DNA of 63,972 bases, counting the filler, from Octopus bimaculoides (taxonomy: Eukaryota): assembly GCF_001194135.2 (NCBI RefSeq). It is 5 parts of 5 records of this genome, joined end to end, with 100 filler letters (N's around TTAATTAATTAA, not from the genome) between each part and the next. Parts side by side here need not be neighbours in the genome. Positions count along the whole stretch, not along the records: positions 1 to 31,550 come from NC_068987.1; 4 more parts are not named here. One strand, given 5' to 3'. Below the pieces are notes generated by a model, which ran no database searches, was not told the origin of the DNA, and saw nothing but the letters and a program-made list of their open reading frames with translations. A program made the position numbers and the translations under genes. This document shows positions 11,929 to 23,981 of the stretch, piece after piece (the stretch's first letter is position 1; each line of letters begins with the position of its first letter).

Positions 11929-13289
11929 GCTTTTACCTACATAAGTAGGGATGTGGCCCAGGAGCCAGCAGTAGCAAAACGTTTGTGAACCACTGCATAT
12001 CAATATCTCTGTTTAACATGTTATGCTCTTTCTTCCTTATTCACAGTTCTTACAACAATTACTGTGTTTTCATGGTTGGTTAAGAACCAATGCTTTTTAT
12101 TTATTTTACAACTGGTTGCTTTTCCTGCTACTAATCATTTAACCATGCATTCAGTCAACCAGTTGGAGCAAGTAGATTTAAATAACTAATAATAGTAAAG
12201 TTTCAACTTATGAACACCAAGGTTAGCAGTTTTGTTAAATATAGGGTAACGTGCTTAACAAAATAAACTGGAAAAATTCTTTTTATCAATAGAAATTATA
12301 CCCATAAATTACATAGAACTATGCCAAAAGGAGTAAACCTAATTATCAGCATAAGAGTTTTTGTGATAACTCTGAATATGTTTCGATTTTATTAATCCTT
12401 TTCATCTAAGTCTTTGGCTGGATGCAAGGCTGTTGACCTCAATGGAAATCTAAACTCATGGAGCTACTCAGATAATTGTGCCAGAGTTAAATAATAATAT
12501 GTAAATTGCTATTGAGTAACCCTTTACCACTTTAATGTACTTTAAAAGAATCACAAGATTGGTTTACAATTATCTCCCCTTGTTACTAGAATTGGCTTGG
12601 ATGCAATTCCAGGAAATTAACCGAGGTCAAGTACTCAGAGATGCCATCTGCATAGAATTAACAATAGTTAAGTTAGAGATAACATAATATAGGAAGATAC
12701 AAAAATCTAATGAGAAATCTGCAAATATTTTGGTCTTTGATGTAATTGTTGAAGGAATAAATTACTGAGAGATGCTTTCTGCATAAAAAGAAAAGTAGCT
12801 GAATTGTATGTATTTCCTGAAGGGAATCACCCTTTTGATAATAAGCTGCTTGAAATCATCTCTGGTGAGTGCAGTTAGCCAAAGCAAACCAGTCTGGCCA
12901 GCAGGAGCAAGTCAGGCCTGGCAGCGAGACCCGTCCAGTTTGAGCAATCTAGTTCAGCCATCCTCTGTAGCTCAACTCTGAAATCCAGGAAGCTCAGCCA
13001 ACCCAGACAGTAGAGCCCAGGTTGCCCAGCCTGGTTAGACCTAACAACCTAGGTAAGCAAGCCCTTCCATCTCAGGTAGCCCAAATAAGTCAGCTGAGTC
13101 AACTCAAGTGCACACTTGCTCTGCCAGTCCAGGCCAGCCAACTTTCCAGTTCAGAAAGGTCATCCTGGCCACACCTGTCAAGTTAGCCTAGCTTGGTCAT
13201 CCAGGTTGCTCAGCCCAGCCAGAACAGTGTAGGAAGGCCAGCTCATCCAGTCCACATTCCTACATTCCTTTTCAAACAGAAGAAGGAAA

Positions 13290-13475
13290 ATCTTAAGCCT
13301 TTATCATTTACATGATTTTGAATTAATCATGTATTATCTCATAGCTTCAAAGTTTTGATGATGCAATCGCTTATTTTAAGAATAACATTGTAAGGTAGGT
13401 GTGAGAGGCCAAATCTGACCAGTTAGGTAGAACATTTCAGCTGGATATGGCTGGTTTAAATACTAAAGGATTAAT
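13290..13475 (+). mobile_element. piggyBac-like MITE family F (internally deleted copy)
   Basis: Shares gaattaatcatgtattatctc...gtaggtgtgagagg...ggtttaaatactaaaggattaa with 18879-19105. Confidence 0.65.
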
Positions 13476-14485
13476 TAACTTATCAAGATTTGCTGGTAAC
13501 AACAAATTTTCAAGATGTTTGTTGCTTCATTTGAAATAGGGATTTTTCCTGAAATATATTATAGGGTTTATTAAACAACCTTTCTAAGATAATACAATAT
13601 CTTTGTTTTCATTCATTGCCATCAGCTTATGTGCTTACATTAACTCCTCACCTGCATTGCTCAAAAGATTTTACTAACATTTCATTATTTAAAAAAAATA
13701 TCTGAATTACCTCAAATGGAAAATTTAAAAACATTTTGCTAAAAATTAAACATACAGGCAACTTTTATTTGAAGAAATATGCAAATAAAGGAAACAGGTC
13801 AAGAATGAAAATAGAACATGTTTTTATTAACAAGAAAATAATGAAATATATATTTTTGTTTTCAAAAACTGGTTCACAATAAGCACATTAGCATATAACA
13901 ATACAAGTCATAGGGTAAACAAACAACAAAATGTATATACATGAACTTGGTTAAATATTACCATATTCAGTTGCGTATTCTTGTTTTCCATAAACAACAA
14001 AACACCAAATGCAAAGTCACTGATATATTTATGAATGCTTATAAATATTTAGTTTATATTTACAAAGTGTAGATTCAATTCTTATGTAATGGTTTAAATT
14101 ATTTTTAGTGTGAAGAGATAATTTTAAACATCCTGGCTTGCTAAAAAAGAAGGGAACAATGTTAGTGTGTAGGAGGTGTCCCAACTGAGAAGATGTCTGC
14201 CCTAACTAGCATTTTAGCTTGGTGTTAAAACACAATGAATGTATATAATCCCTCAACTGAATTCCATCAGCAAATAAAACGTTATGTTCCTTGATCTAGC
14301 TCAAATTTAATAGTTTGTGTTTTTTTTTTTCTACCATTGAGTTGGAGGACTAAACCCTGCTATTGTTATTTTCAAAATTGGTACAATTACCTATATCATG
14401 ATAATTGCAAGACTATATATTTTAAATATTCTCTTAAAAAACAGAGAAGAGGGAGGGGAGAAACAACAATTTGCTAGTCTTTTAC

Positions 14486-14516
<31 letters not shown>

Positions 14517-15223
14517 AAAAGCTAAATGTATAACATCTTTAAGTAGATACCACATGTGGTAACTGTCAACCATAAAAATCAGAAACAGTGTTAAATGGTT
14601 GAACATTTTATTAGTTTGCAGAGCTAAATGTCAACCTTTACTGCACAACTGGAATGTAGAGAGGTATGGGCTCTGCAAGATAATTTGTCTTTAACATATA
14701 ATGAAGATGGAGTTTTCATATGGTGCTTCTATGACTCACTGGGTTACGAAACTTGGGTATTATTTTTTATATTAATCATTGTATATTAACTAAATCTTAT
14801 TCAGCATTTCATTATATAAGTTACTTTTTTAAGTTTTACATTCACAAATTGCACTTTTATCAAATTCTTCCAAGGTGGTGGGGAGAAAAAAAAAAAAGGT
14901 GAAAATTAAAACTACTGCTACAAACGATTTCAAATAAATTTCAGGTGGAAACAACAGAACAAAATGAATTATCAAAATTGTCAAAATTTAATTAAGAATT
15001 AGAATTAAAAAAAAAAAAAGTTAACAACAAAGGTATTCTGCAACAATGATGAATAGAAAAGTACAATGGTGAATGAAAGTATGGATGACAAGAAAAATAA
15101 GGCTACTTAGATATCACATGACTATCTTTCTTTTTGCTGTACATTGTTTCAATTCACACATGTATGTTTAGCTGCATGCAAACAGATGAATCCACACGCG
15201 AACTCTCTCTATATATGTGTGTG

Positions 15224-15280
<57 letters not shown>

Positions 15281-15539
15281 CAATTTAGCCAGGTGTAAAA
15301 ATTACCTAAGGGATATTAAATATCCGAAGAATTTATTGGTTTTTTATTACCAATATCCATGACAGTGTTATTCCAATAGCTAAATAAATAAAAAAATAAA
15401 CATAGTTTATTAATATATAAATATAAATAAGAGACCAATAGAATAAATACTAGGCTTACAAAGTCCTGGGGTCGATTTGCTCGGCTAAAGGCAGTGCTCC
15501 AGCATGGCCACAGTCAAATGACTGAAACAAGTAAAAGAG

Positions 15540-15592
<53 letters not shown>

Positions 15593-16925
15593 ATAGTGAA
15601 TATTGTTAAGCATAAACAATCCACTCCCCAAATGAAAGTGGTGTAAGAAAATCACAAATGGAGTGGCTTAGCAACAGGAGGTTGGCTGATGGAGGGATGA
15701 GATTCTGCCCCTAGTTGTGCAACTGTGTCCACCCTAAGCTATAGGTTTTAATCATACATAAACACACATATATTTATGTACAATTGTACAACGTACAGGC
15801 AACAGTGATTAAAAGGTACCCAATACTAGAGTCAGAGTAATAGTTAAATAAGCTAACACTGAATATTCAAGAATGCTATTTGGCTATAGTTTCATCATTC
15901 AAATTTTTGGAAATAGTTTACTATAAATAGGATACATAAAACTGCTTCTGAGGGTTTACCATAGGTAATACTATAGTTAAATATTATTAAATTTATTCAG
16001 TGTTTCCCTTCATTTATTTAAGTATGTATATGTAATACATAAGGTATAATATAAAAATATACATATATAGATGGATGGATGGGTAAATAGATAAATAGAG
16101 AGATATGTTTGTAATATGTTGACAGTTTGCTATAGGTCTCACCCTGAGCTTCGTTGTTCATGACTGTAGAATAGAATAAATTGCTTGTAGGTTACATAAA
16201 ACTGGATTGACTTTGATTTAAATTTAGCTTTTGGAAACTAATTTAAATATGAAGGGATTGTATTAGTGTCATTGTTAATGTGTTTGTAAGTATGTTTGGT
16301 TCAGGACAATCATTAACTCTAACTCATGTTTTGCATTATCTATAAATTTAAATGAAATAAGAAAAAGGTTAAATTATTGGGGTGTGTATGTGTCTATGCA
16401 CATGTATATTTCAATGCAATTGTTCTACTCAATAATTCTTTTAAGTCTCACTATTGTACTTACTATACTAAGCTTAGCACTAATATTGTTTTGATAAGTA
16501 TACTAAGATACAATCTGTATTTCTGGACATGATTTATACTAGTCAATTATCCAATGCCCCTTTTTGTTTTTCTGTATTTTTCCTTGTATTTTTTTTTTAT
16601 GTCTTCAACCTATGTAAGAGTAGAACCGAATTTTGTAGCTCATATTTCAAAAGCACTTCCTGACAAGATGGCTCTTATGAGTTACTTAATAAATGTGTTA
16701 TGCAGCAATTATTAAACAGCAGTAGGAATGAATATTTTGAAATACTCCTGATATTATTTACTGTTGTTCTTTCAAATACATTTTGCTCTTTTCATGTATT
16801 ATAACATACTTCATAGTATATGCAACATTGTACATGTGTAATTTGAGGAGTTTAATTGCAATTAACTATATTTAGCTCTAATATAGCTGGATACATGTTG
16901 AGCATACACAATATATTATAATGGA

Positions 16926-16970
<45 letters not shown>

Positions 16971-18054
16971 CTTTATTAATAAAGCTGCAAAAACATCACA
17001 AAAAAGCTGTTACTCAGAGTTTCATGTTCCTGTTCGTTGGACAATTTTGGTTGAATGTGAAACTCTGAGTAACAGTTTTTTGTGATGCTTTTGCAGCTCT
17101 AATAACAAAGCATATTACTCTACCTCTGGTATTCGAGTACTATTTTTTTGCACCTTGTTTCACATTTATGTGCTTACTTTGGTGTGTGTGTGTGTGTNNN
17201 NNNNNNNNNNNNNNNNNNNNNNNNNNNNNNNNNNNNNNNNNNNNNNNNNNNNNNNNNNNNNNNNNNNNNNNNNNNNNNNNNNNNNNNNNNNNNNNNNNNN
17301 NNNNNNNNNNNNNNNNNNNNNNNNNNNNNNNNNNNNNNNNNNNNNNNNNNNNNNNNNNNNNNNNNNNNNNNNNNNNNNNNNNNNNNNNNNNNNNNNNNNN
17401 NNNNNNNNNNNNNNNNNNNNNNNNNNNNNNNNNNNNNNNNNNNNNNNNNNNNNNNNNNNNNNNNNNNNNNNNNNNNNNNNNNNNNNNNNNNNNNNNNNNN
17501 NNNNNNNNNNNNNNNNNNNNNNNNNNNNNNNNNNNNNNNNNNNNNNNNNNNNNNNNNNNNNNNNNNNNNNNNNNNNNNNNNNNNNNNNNNNNNNNNNNNN
17601 NNNNNNNNNNNNNNNNNNNNNNNNNNNNNNNNNNNNNNNNNNNNNNNNNNNNNNNNNNNNNNNNNNNNNNNNNNNNNNNNNNNNNNNNNNNNNNNNNNNN
17701 NNNNNNNNNNNNNNNNNNNNNNNNNNNNNNNNNNNNNNNNNNNNNNNNNNNNNNNNNNNNNNNNNNNNNNNNNNNNNNNNNNNNNNNNNNNNNNNNNNNN
17801 NNNNNNNNNNNNNNNNNNNNNNNNNNNNNNNNNNNNNNNNNNNNNNNNNNNNNNNNNNNNNNNNNNNNNNNNNNNNNNNNNNNNNNNNNNNNNNNNNNNN
17901 NNNNNNNNNNNNNNNNNNNNNNNNNNNNNNNNNNNNNNNNNNNNNNNNNNNNNNNNNNNNNNNNNNNNNNNNNNNNNNNNNNNNNNNNNNNNNNNNNNNN
18001 NNNNNNNNNNNNNNNNNNNNNNNNNNNNNNNNNNNNNNNNNNNNNNNNNNNNNN

Positions 18055-18099
<45 letters not shown>

Positions 18100-18159
18100 G
18101 TTAGAGATACTTAGAAATATTAATATATATAAAATGTGTGTGTGTGTGTGTGCATGTGA

Positions 18160-18480
18160 AGGTGGATGGCTTAGTGGTTAGGGTATTCAGCTCATGACTG
18201 TGAGGTTGTGAGTTTGAATCCTAGCAGTGTGTTGTGTCCTTGAGAAAGATATTTCCTTTCACGTTGCTCCAGTCCACTCAGTTAGCAAAAATTAATTATA
18301 TCCGTCATTCAAAATGCCAGCCTTGTTATATTGTGTCTCACTGAATCTTTCCGAGAACTACATCAAAGAAGCGTGTATCTGTGGAGTGCTCAGTCACTTG
18401 CATGTTAGCTTCACAAGTAGGCTGTTCCATTGATCAGATCAGCTGGAACACTTTGTCCATCATAACTGATGGAGGGCCAG
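18160..18480 (+). mobile_element. tRNA-headed SINE, CpG-decayed
   Basis: Head ggcttagtggttagggtattcagctc...gagtttgaatcc is A/B-box-like. The 3' half aligns with the 56669 SINE. Confidence 0.75.
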
Positions 18481-18878
18481 TATAAATATATGTGTGTGTG
18501 TCGAGATAAGATAGATTGTGCATGTTTATGTGCTTGTAATTAATTTCTTTTGATAAGGCACAAGACTAATTTTTGTGGCGAGGGTGAATGTATATAAATC
18601 AAACTAATGCTAAGTATTTTGCCAGTCAGAACCAACTTTATCGCCTGATGCAGAGGGATTTGAACTAATGTGTGTGTGTGTGTGTATGTGGGAGGGAGAG
18701 AGAGAGAGAGTTTAAGTTATTTGTTCCTAAACACTGTAATTTTTATGAGATCAACAATGTTAAGGAAAGTCATATTTGACACAATAGTGTCAACAGGATA
18801 ATTGTTAATATGCTGGTTCATATTCCATCACTGCTACAGAGGGAAAGTCTGGGTGGCAACACACATGTGTGGGTGTGT

Positions 18879-19105
18879 TTAACCCTTTAGCATTCAGATT
18901 ACACAGTCAAATGTAATGCTTATTTATTCACATTGCTTTGAATTAATTATGCATCATCTTGTACATTCTAAGCTTTGATGATGTGATTGCTTATTTTCAA
19001 AATGATATTGTAGAGTAGGCATGAGAGACTGGATCTGCCAGCTTGAACATAAAACATGGAAAATATTTGGGCCAAATATGCCCAGTTTAAATGCTAAAGG
19101 GTTTA
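18879..19105. mobile_element. piggyBac-like MITE family F
   Basis: TTAA|CCCTTTAGCATT ... AATGCTAAAGGG|TTTA terminal inverted repeats with a TTAA-like target site. There are three copies in the window. Confidence 0.8.
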
Positions 19106-20047
19106 TACTAATAGTAAGAAAAATGAATAAAAGAATCACAACTAGTCAGAGTACGAAAGAGTGAACAGCTTGCCTGTTGTCACTGGTGTGACCTGGTCTG
19201 AGTCTCCAACTTGTCCACAAATCTATAAACACTTTCTGGCTCTCTCCACCAATCTCTGAACAAGAAGTACAACTCATCACTGCAAAGTTTTGGCAATTGT
19301 CAGAGGTCTAAAGAGACAGCATGCTCGCACTTGACAAGTTACTTGAAATTTCATCAAGACAGTAATCCTGAAGGAGTCAATCCTTCTCTCTCTCCTTCTC
19401 CAGACAAGCAGAGTTAAGTACCTCGACTTTTGAGCTAAGAGTCCCATAATTTATTAATGATTTCTGTATATCTATGAATAATAATTTTAATTCATTACAG
19501 CCTTTAAAAGAAGCTGTAATATATTGAACTGAAGCCACTAAACCACTGACATGCATTATATTAAGTAGACTAAAAGATAAATTCAAGTGGTGTTAAAACC
19601 CAGAAACGGGGGTCTCCAAACAAAATATTAGAAGGTACCTAGTCTAGACTGGCATGGTACCATGTGCAAGGCATTCGTATACTAGTTTTACTACTACTTC
19701 TGTCCCCCCAATAAGATTTCGTTAGTAACAACATAAACTTTCAAACTGAGATCAACAATAATTCAAAATGAAAAGGCATAAAGTAAATTTCAATAAACAT
19801 TTTACAACAATAGCTTCAATTAATACAAAAACGCCCAATTTTCAACATGTTCCTGTATACTAACATGTGATTATAAAAATAGAATTCTTAAAAAAAAAGA
19901 AGGTACAATATGAATATTTGAAATGATAAATTGAAGAATAAATATTTTTGAAACACATACACACACTATATATAAGTATGTGTGTGTGTGTATGTGTGCA
20001 TGTGAAGGTGGATTATGCATATACATACACATGCATACATACATACA

Positions 20048-20105
<58 letters not shown>

Positions 20106-20832
20106 TGGGTGCCCACAATCTTTGTTGGCCCTCCTAGACCAGCATGATTGGTGCTATCAATGTTCTTGAACTTTTGTAAGGCAACACTTGCGGTTAAAAA
20201 AACATGAGCATATGAACAGGGAGGGAATGCCAGAGAGCGAATGTTTTGGGAAGGAAGGACTGAGTGTATTGTGTGTGTATAAGTGCATGCACACGTGCAC
20301 ACACAATGATTGAAAATGGGTAGGTGGAAACTGTAAACAAGCCCACCGTATGGACTGCAATTATATATATTTACCTGTAATTCAAAAGGTACAGCCTTGT
20401 GGTACACAGTGTCACACTGATTTTGTCTAAGATATATGTTAAGGCTACACATGAAAGTGGAATACTCAGCCACTTATATGCTCATCATTGAAACCAACTA
20501 AGAATCACTGACACACACGTGTATATGCATGTATATACATACATTTTTCTACATCTGCTTTGATATGGATATGAGTGTGTGTGCATGCACACACACACAG
20601 AATTGCATAGAATATTTTTTTTTTAATTGTCTTCAGTATTAGTGGAATGGTCAAGAAGAATATTTTAAGATAGAATATCATATACAAAATCGCCCAGTGG
20701 CAGCATTAAGGAGCATAACTTTTCTCCTTCCTTTCATAAAAATATCAACATAAATATCAGTGGCTTAGTAGACATGAGATCTGAATTACTAAGGAGGGGG
20801 GGATCACATTTAGTTTAAATAAGAGAGAGAGA

Positions 20833-20887
<55 letters not shown>

Positions 20888-23833
20888 AACAAAAGAATAT
20901 TTCAAAAATATCCAAACACTGAAGTAAATGACCATCTCCAAAGAACGGATTGCTTATGTTATCCTTGCTTTTTAACATTAATATTTTAATAAACTAAACT
21001 CGGCACAATTTATATACTAAAGTTCAAAAACACATGAATTTATAAACACTGTTCTTTTAATTTATGTTGTCTGACTAGGTGTGTGTGTGTATACATTACA
21101 CACACATATATATATAGATAGATACATAGAGACGCACACACACACACACACATATATTTATATATAGGGCCAACTGTGGATGAAGAGGAAGTAAAAATAA
21201 ACTTAAGTAGCCCGGTCTTCTCTCTTCATTATATTAATGTACTTGGTCAATTGACCCTGGAAGTTGACTGATGGAATTTGTACAAAAATCAGAAAGGGTC
21301 AAAATTAGATATTGATAAATACTAAAAATAGTTTAGTGCCATGCTTGTATTCTGCCAATTCATTACCATTTTTACTGCTATGATAATCAGAATAAGAAGT
21401 TTAAACTTTTCATGGTCATATTTCTAGCTTTTCCCAAAATCATTTTGAAAATACTCAAGAATTTGGAGTGATTTAAGTAAAATAATTGTTGTCTGTCATT
21501 ACCAAGTTGGTTTAGAATATAAATGGCCAAAATATTCTCCTATAAAATTATGATGTAAAGTTTTAATCTAAATATGAACATGTTAAAATGAACAATTTCA
21601 TATCACAGGACAAAATAAAGTCCAAATTTGTTTCAAAGGAATCAATAAACTTCTCTTTGACTAGTCTGGTTGCTTCCTTGTTGAATTCATGAACAGAATT
21701 AGTGAAATTAAACTAACTTGTCTTTACCAAGAAAATAGTGATACCATACGTACCAGTTTTATCAATTTCTTAGAGTGCATGTACCAATTTTTTAAATGTG
21801 CTTATTATAGTACAAGGACTAGCTTAAAAAGAAGTCATACTGCTTTAGTGAATGTGGCAGTGACCATTCAATTGAAGAGTCATGAGTTCAATTCTAACTA
21901 AGTCCAATCTAGAAAAAACAGTCTGTAGGAACAGAAAGAGAGCAATTCCAATGTTGAAATTAAGTCTATATGCTTCTTTCTGAACAGCATCGTAGCATTG
22001 AAAATTTAAGAGACATTGAAATCCCAATGATCCTGATATCATCTGCAGTAGTTTCTTTCTCATTGCATGCCCCACAAACTTAAGAGAGGACTTGAAACTT
22101 GAACGTAACCTTCTAAGCAACAGAAACACTCGATTATACAGTGCTTCCACTTATCTACAGCGATAAACTTGACATATGAATGGAGACCAGTATTCTGTAG
22201 CATTAACTGAAACAGCAAGAGTTATGTGTCTTTGACCAGAACACAACACAGGTGGTGATGAGATTAAAAACAAAAAAAAATGTCAATCTCTTTAAACTAG
22301 CAAGCAATCCAATGTATCAAACTGACTTGACCAGCAGTGATGCTCTTACATGATAATAAACTATCAAAGTTTAGGGCATGATCTCAGCTTATGTACAGAG
22401 GCATTCACATTATGTTTAACTTGAATGAATTGTGAATGTAAAACACATTTAGTGCTTGTAAAAATATACTCCTCCTTTACCTTTCAAACTGACTCCTATA
22501 AAACATAAAATAATGATAAGTCTACTCTCCAACAATGGACAATTGAAAATAAAGTGATAAATACAGTTATAAAATATATTGCATTGCTTTGAATATTTGC
22601 TGTTATCCTATATAGAGTTCCTCTAATGGAACGCAAACATCAACAGATATATAAAGGTGTTGCTTCAGAGGATGATAAATAAGAGGTAGTATTATTTCAG
22701 TAATGAAACTAAATGTGTTCATTATTTTTTTTGTGGCAACTGAATATTATTTTCTGAAACTAAAATGATATGTATTATATAATATTAACATCATGTGTTG
22801 TGTGACAGTATAGTTAATACACTGGAATTACACTTAGCATGGTAAACAAAAAGAGCAGTAACTGCATAATATTAAGCTTCATTATCACTAAAATACTATT
22901 CTGGGGTTGGTGTAATTAACTTGCCCCTCCCATCAAAATTCCAGGCTTTGTGCGTGTAGTAGAAAGAGTTATCACTAAAATGCTGAATAAAATGAGTGAA
23001 GATTGCATAAAATTCTGGCCCCTTTATCTTTAGTAGGAAGTAATTGATATGTCTTGTATTATTGGCATGTTATGTAATAAGTCATAGTAAAAGAATATTC
23101 CACAGAATGGAAAGACAGCCTGACAGTTTTGTATATAATAGAATAGTGGGATAGTTGATAAAGAAAACACACTTCAGAAATATCTATCACACATCCCTCT
23201 TTCTCTCTATAATGTTTCTCTTTTGTTTCTTTTATTTATTCAGTTTTTTTTTATATAAATATATAAAAAATTATATGTTTCTATCTCTTTTAAAAATATG
23301 TTTAGTTTTGAACAAAGTAATAGTAAAAATGATAAAACTCTGACATTAGGAAAACAAACAAAGAAACAAGTCATTATATATATCATTATGTTGCAAATAT
23401 ATATGCATATGTACATACATATAAAAGAAAAAAATACGAAATGATATAAATAAAAAGTAAAATAAATAGCAGAAAATAAGAAAAGGGTTCTATTAAAAAA
23501 TACTTGCAGTGAAAGACAACCTGAGAGTTTATAAAGGTTCAAAGCAAACAACCAGGGACATATTGGAGTTTTGCTTTCTCTCATTCTTTTCCTTTTTTTT
23601 TGTTTTTGTTTTTGTTGAAACCATTATTTTCAAAGACAGAAAACTTGAACAAAGAAGAACCAGAAGAATGGGGGTGAGTGGGAAAGGAATATGAATAATT
23701 GGAAGAGTCAAATTCCTTGTTGTAGACTAGATCAGAATTAAGAGGTGAAGTAGACATCTGTTAAGACATCTCATGATCATCATCATTATAGTTGTTCTGA
23801 ACATACATATCACCCTTGTTCTCTTAGACTTTT

Positions 23834-23867
<34 letters not shown>

Positions 23868-23922
23868 ACAGATGTCTTACACTATGAAATACTTCAACTG
23901 GTTTGCTGCTGTATAAAGGCTA

Positions 23923-23981
23923 CTAGTTCTGTTGTTGTTCTTGAATATAGGGTCCATCACCATCTGGGAGCACTGGTACAA
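23923..23981 (-). CDS. Terminal coding exon of the same gene, followed by 3'UTR
   Basis: Strong acceptor ttttatcttctcttatcacag. Phase 1 matches the upstream exon and gives (I)VPVLPDGDGPYIQEQQQN-TAG. Confidence 0.7.

Noticed and set aside
21845-22150. 101-aa minus-strand ORF (MEALYNRVFLL...)
   Set aside because: It uses a non-ATG start, has no recognisable motif and lies in the probable 3'UTR of the His-rich gene.
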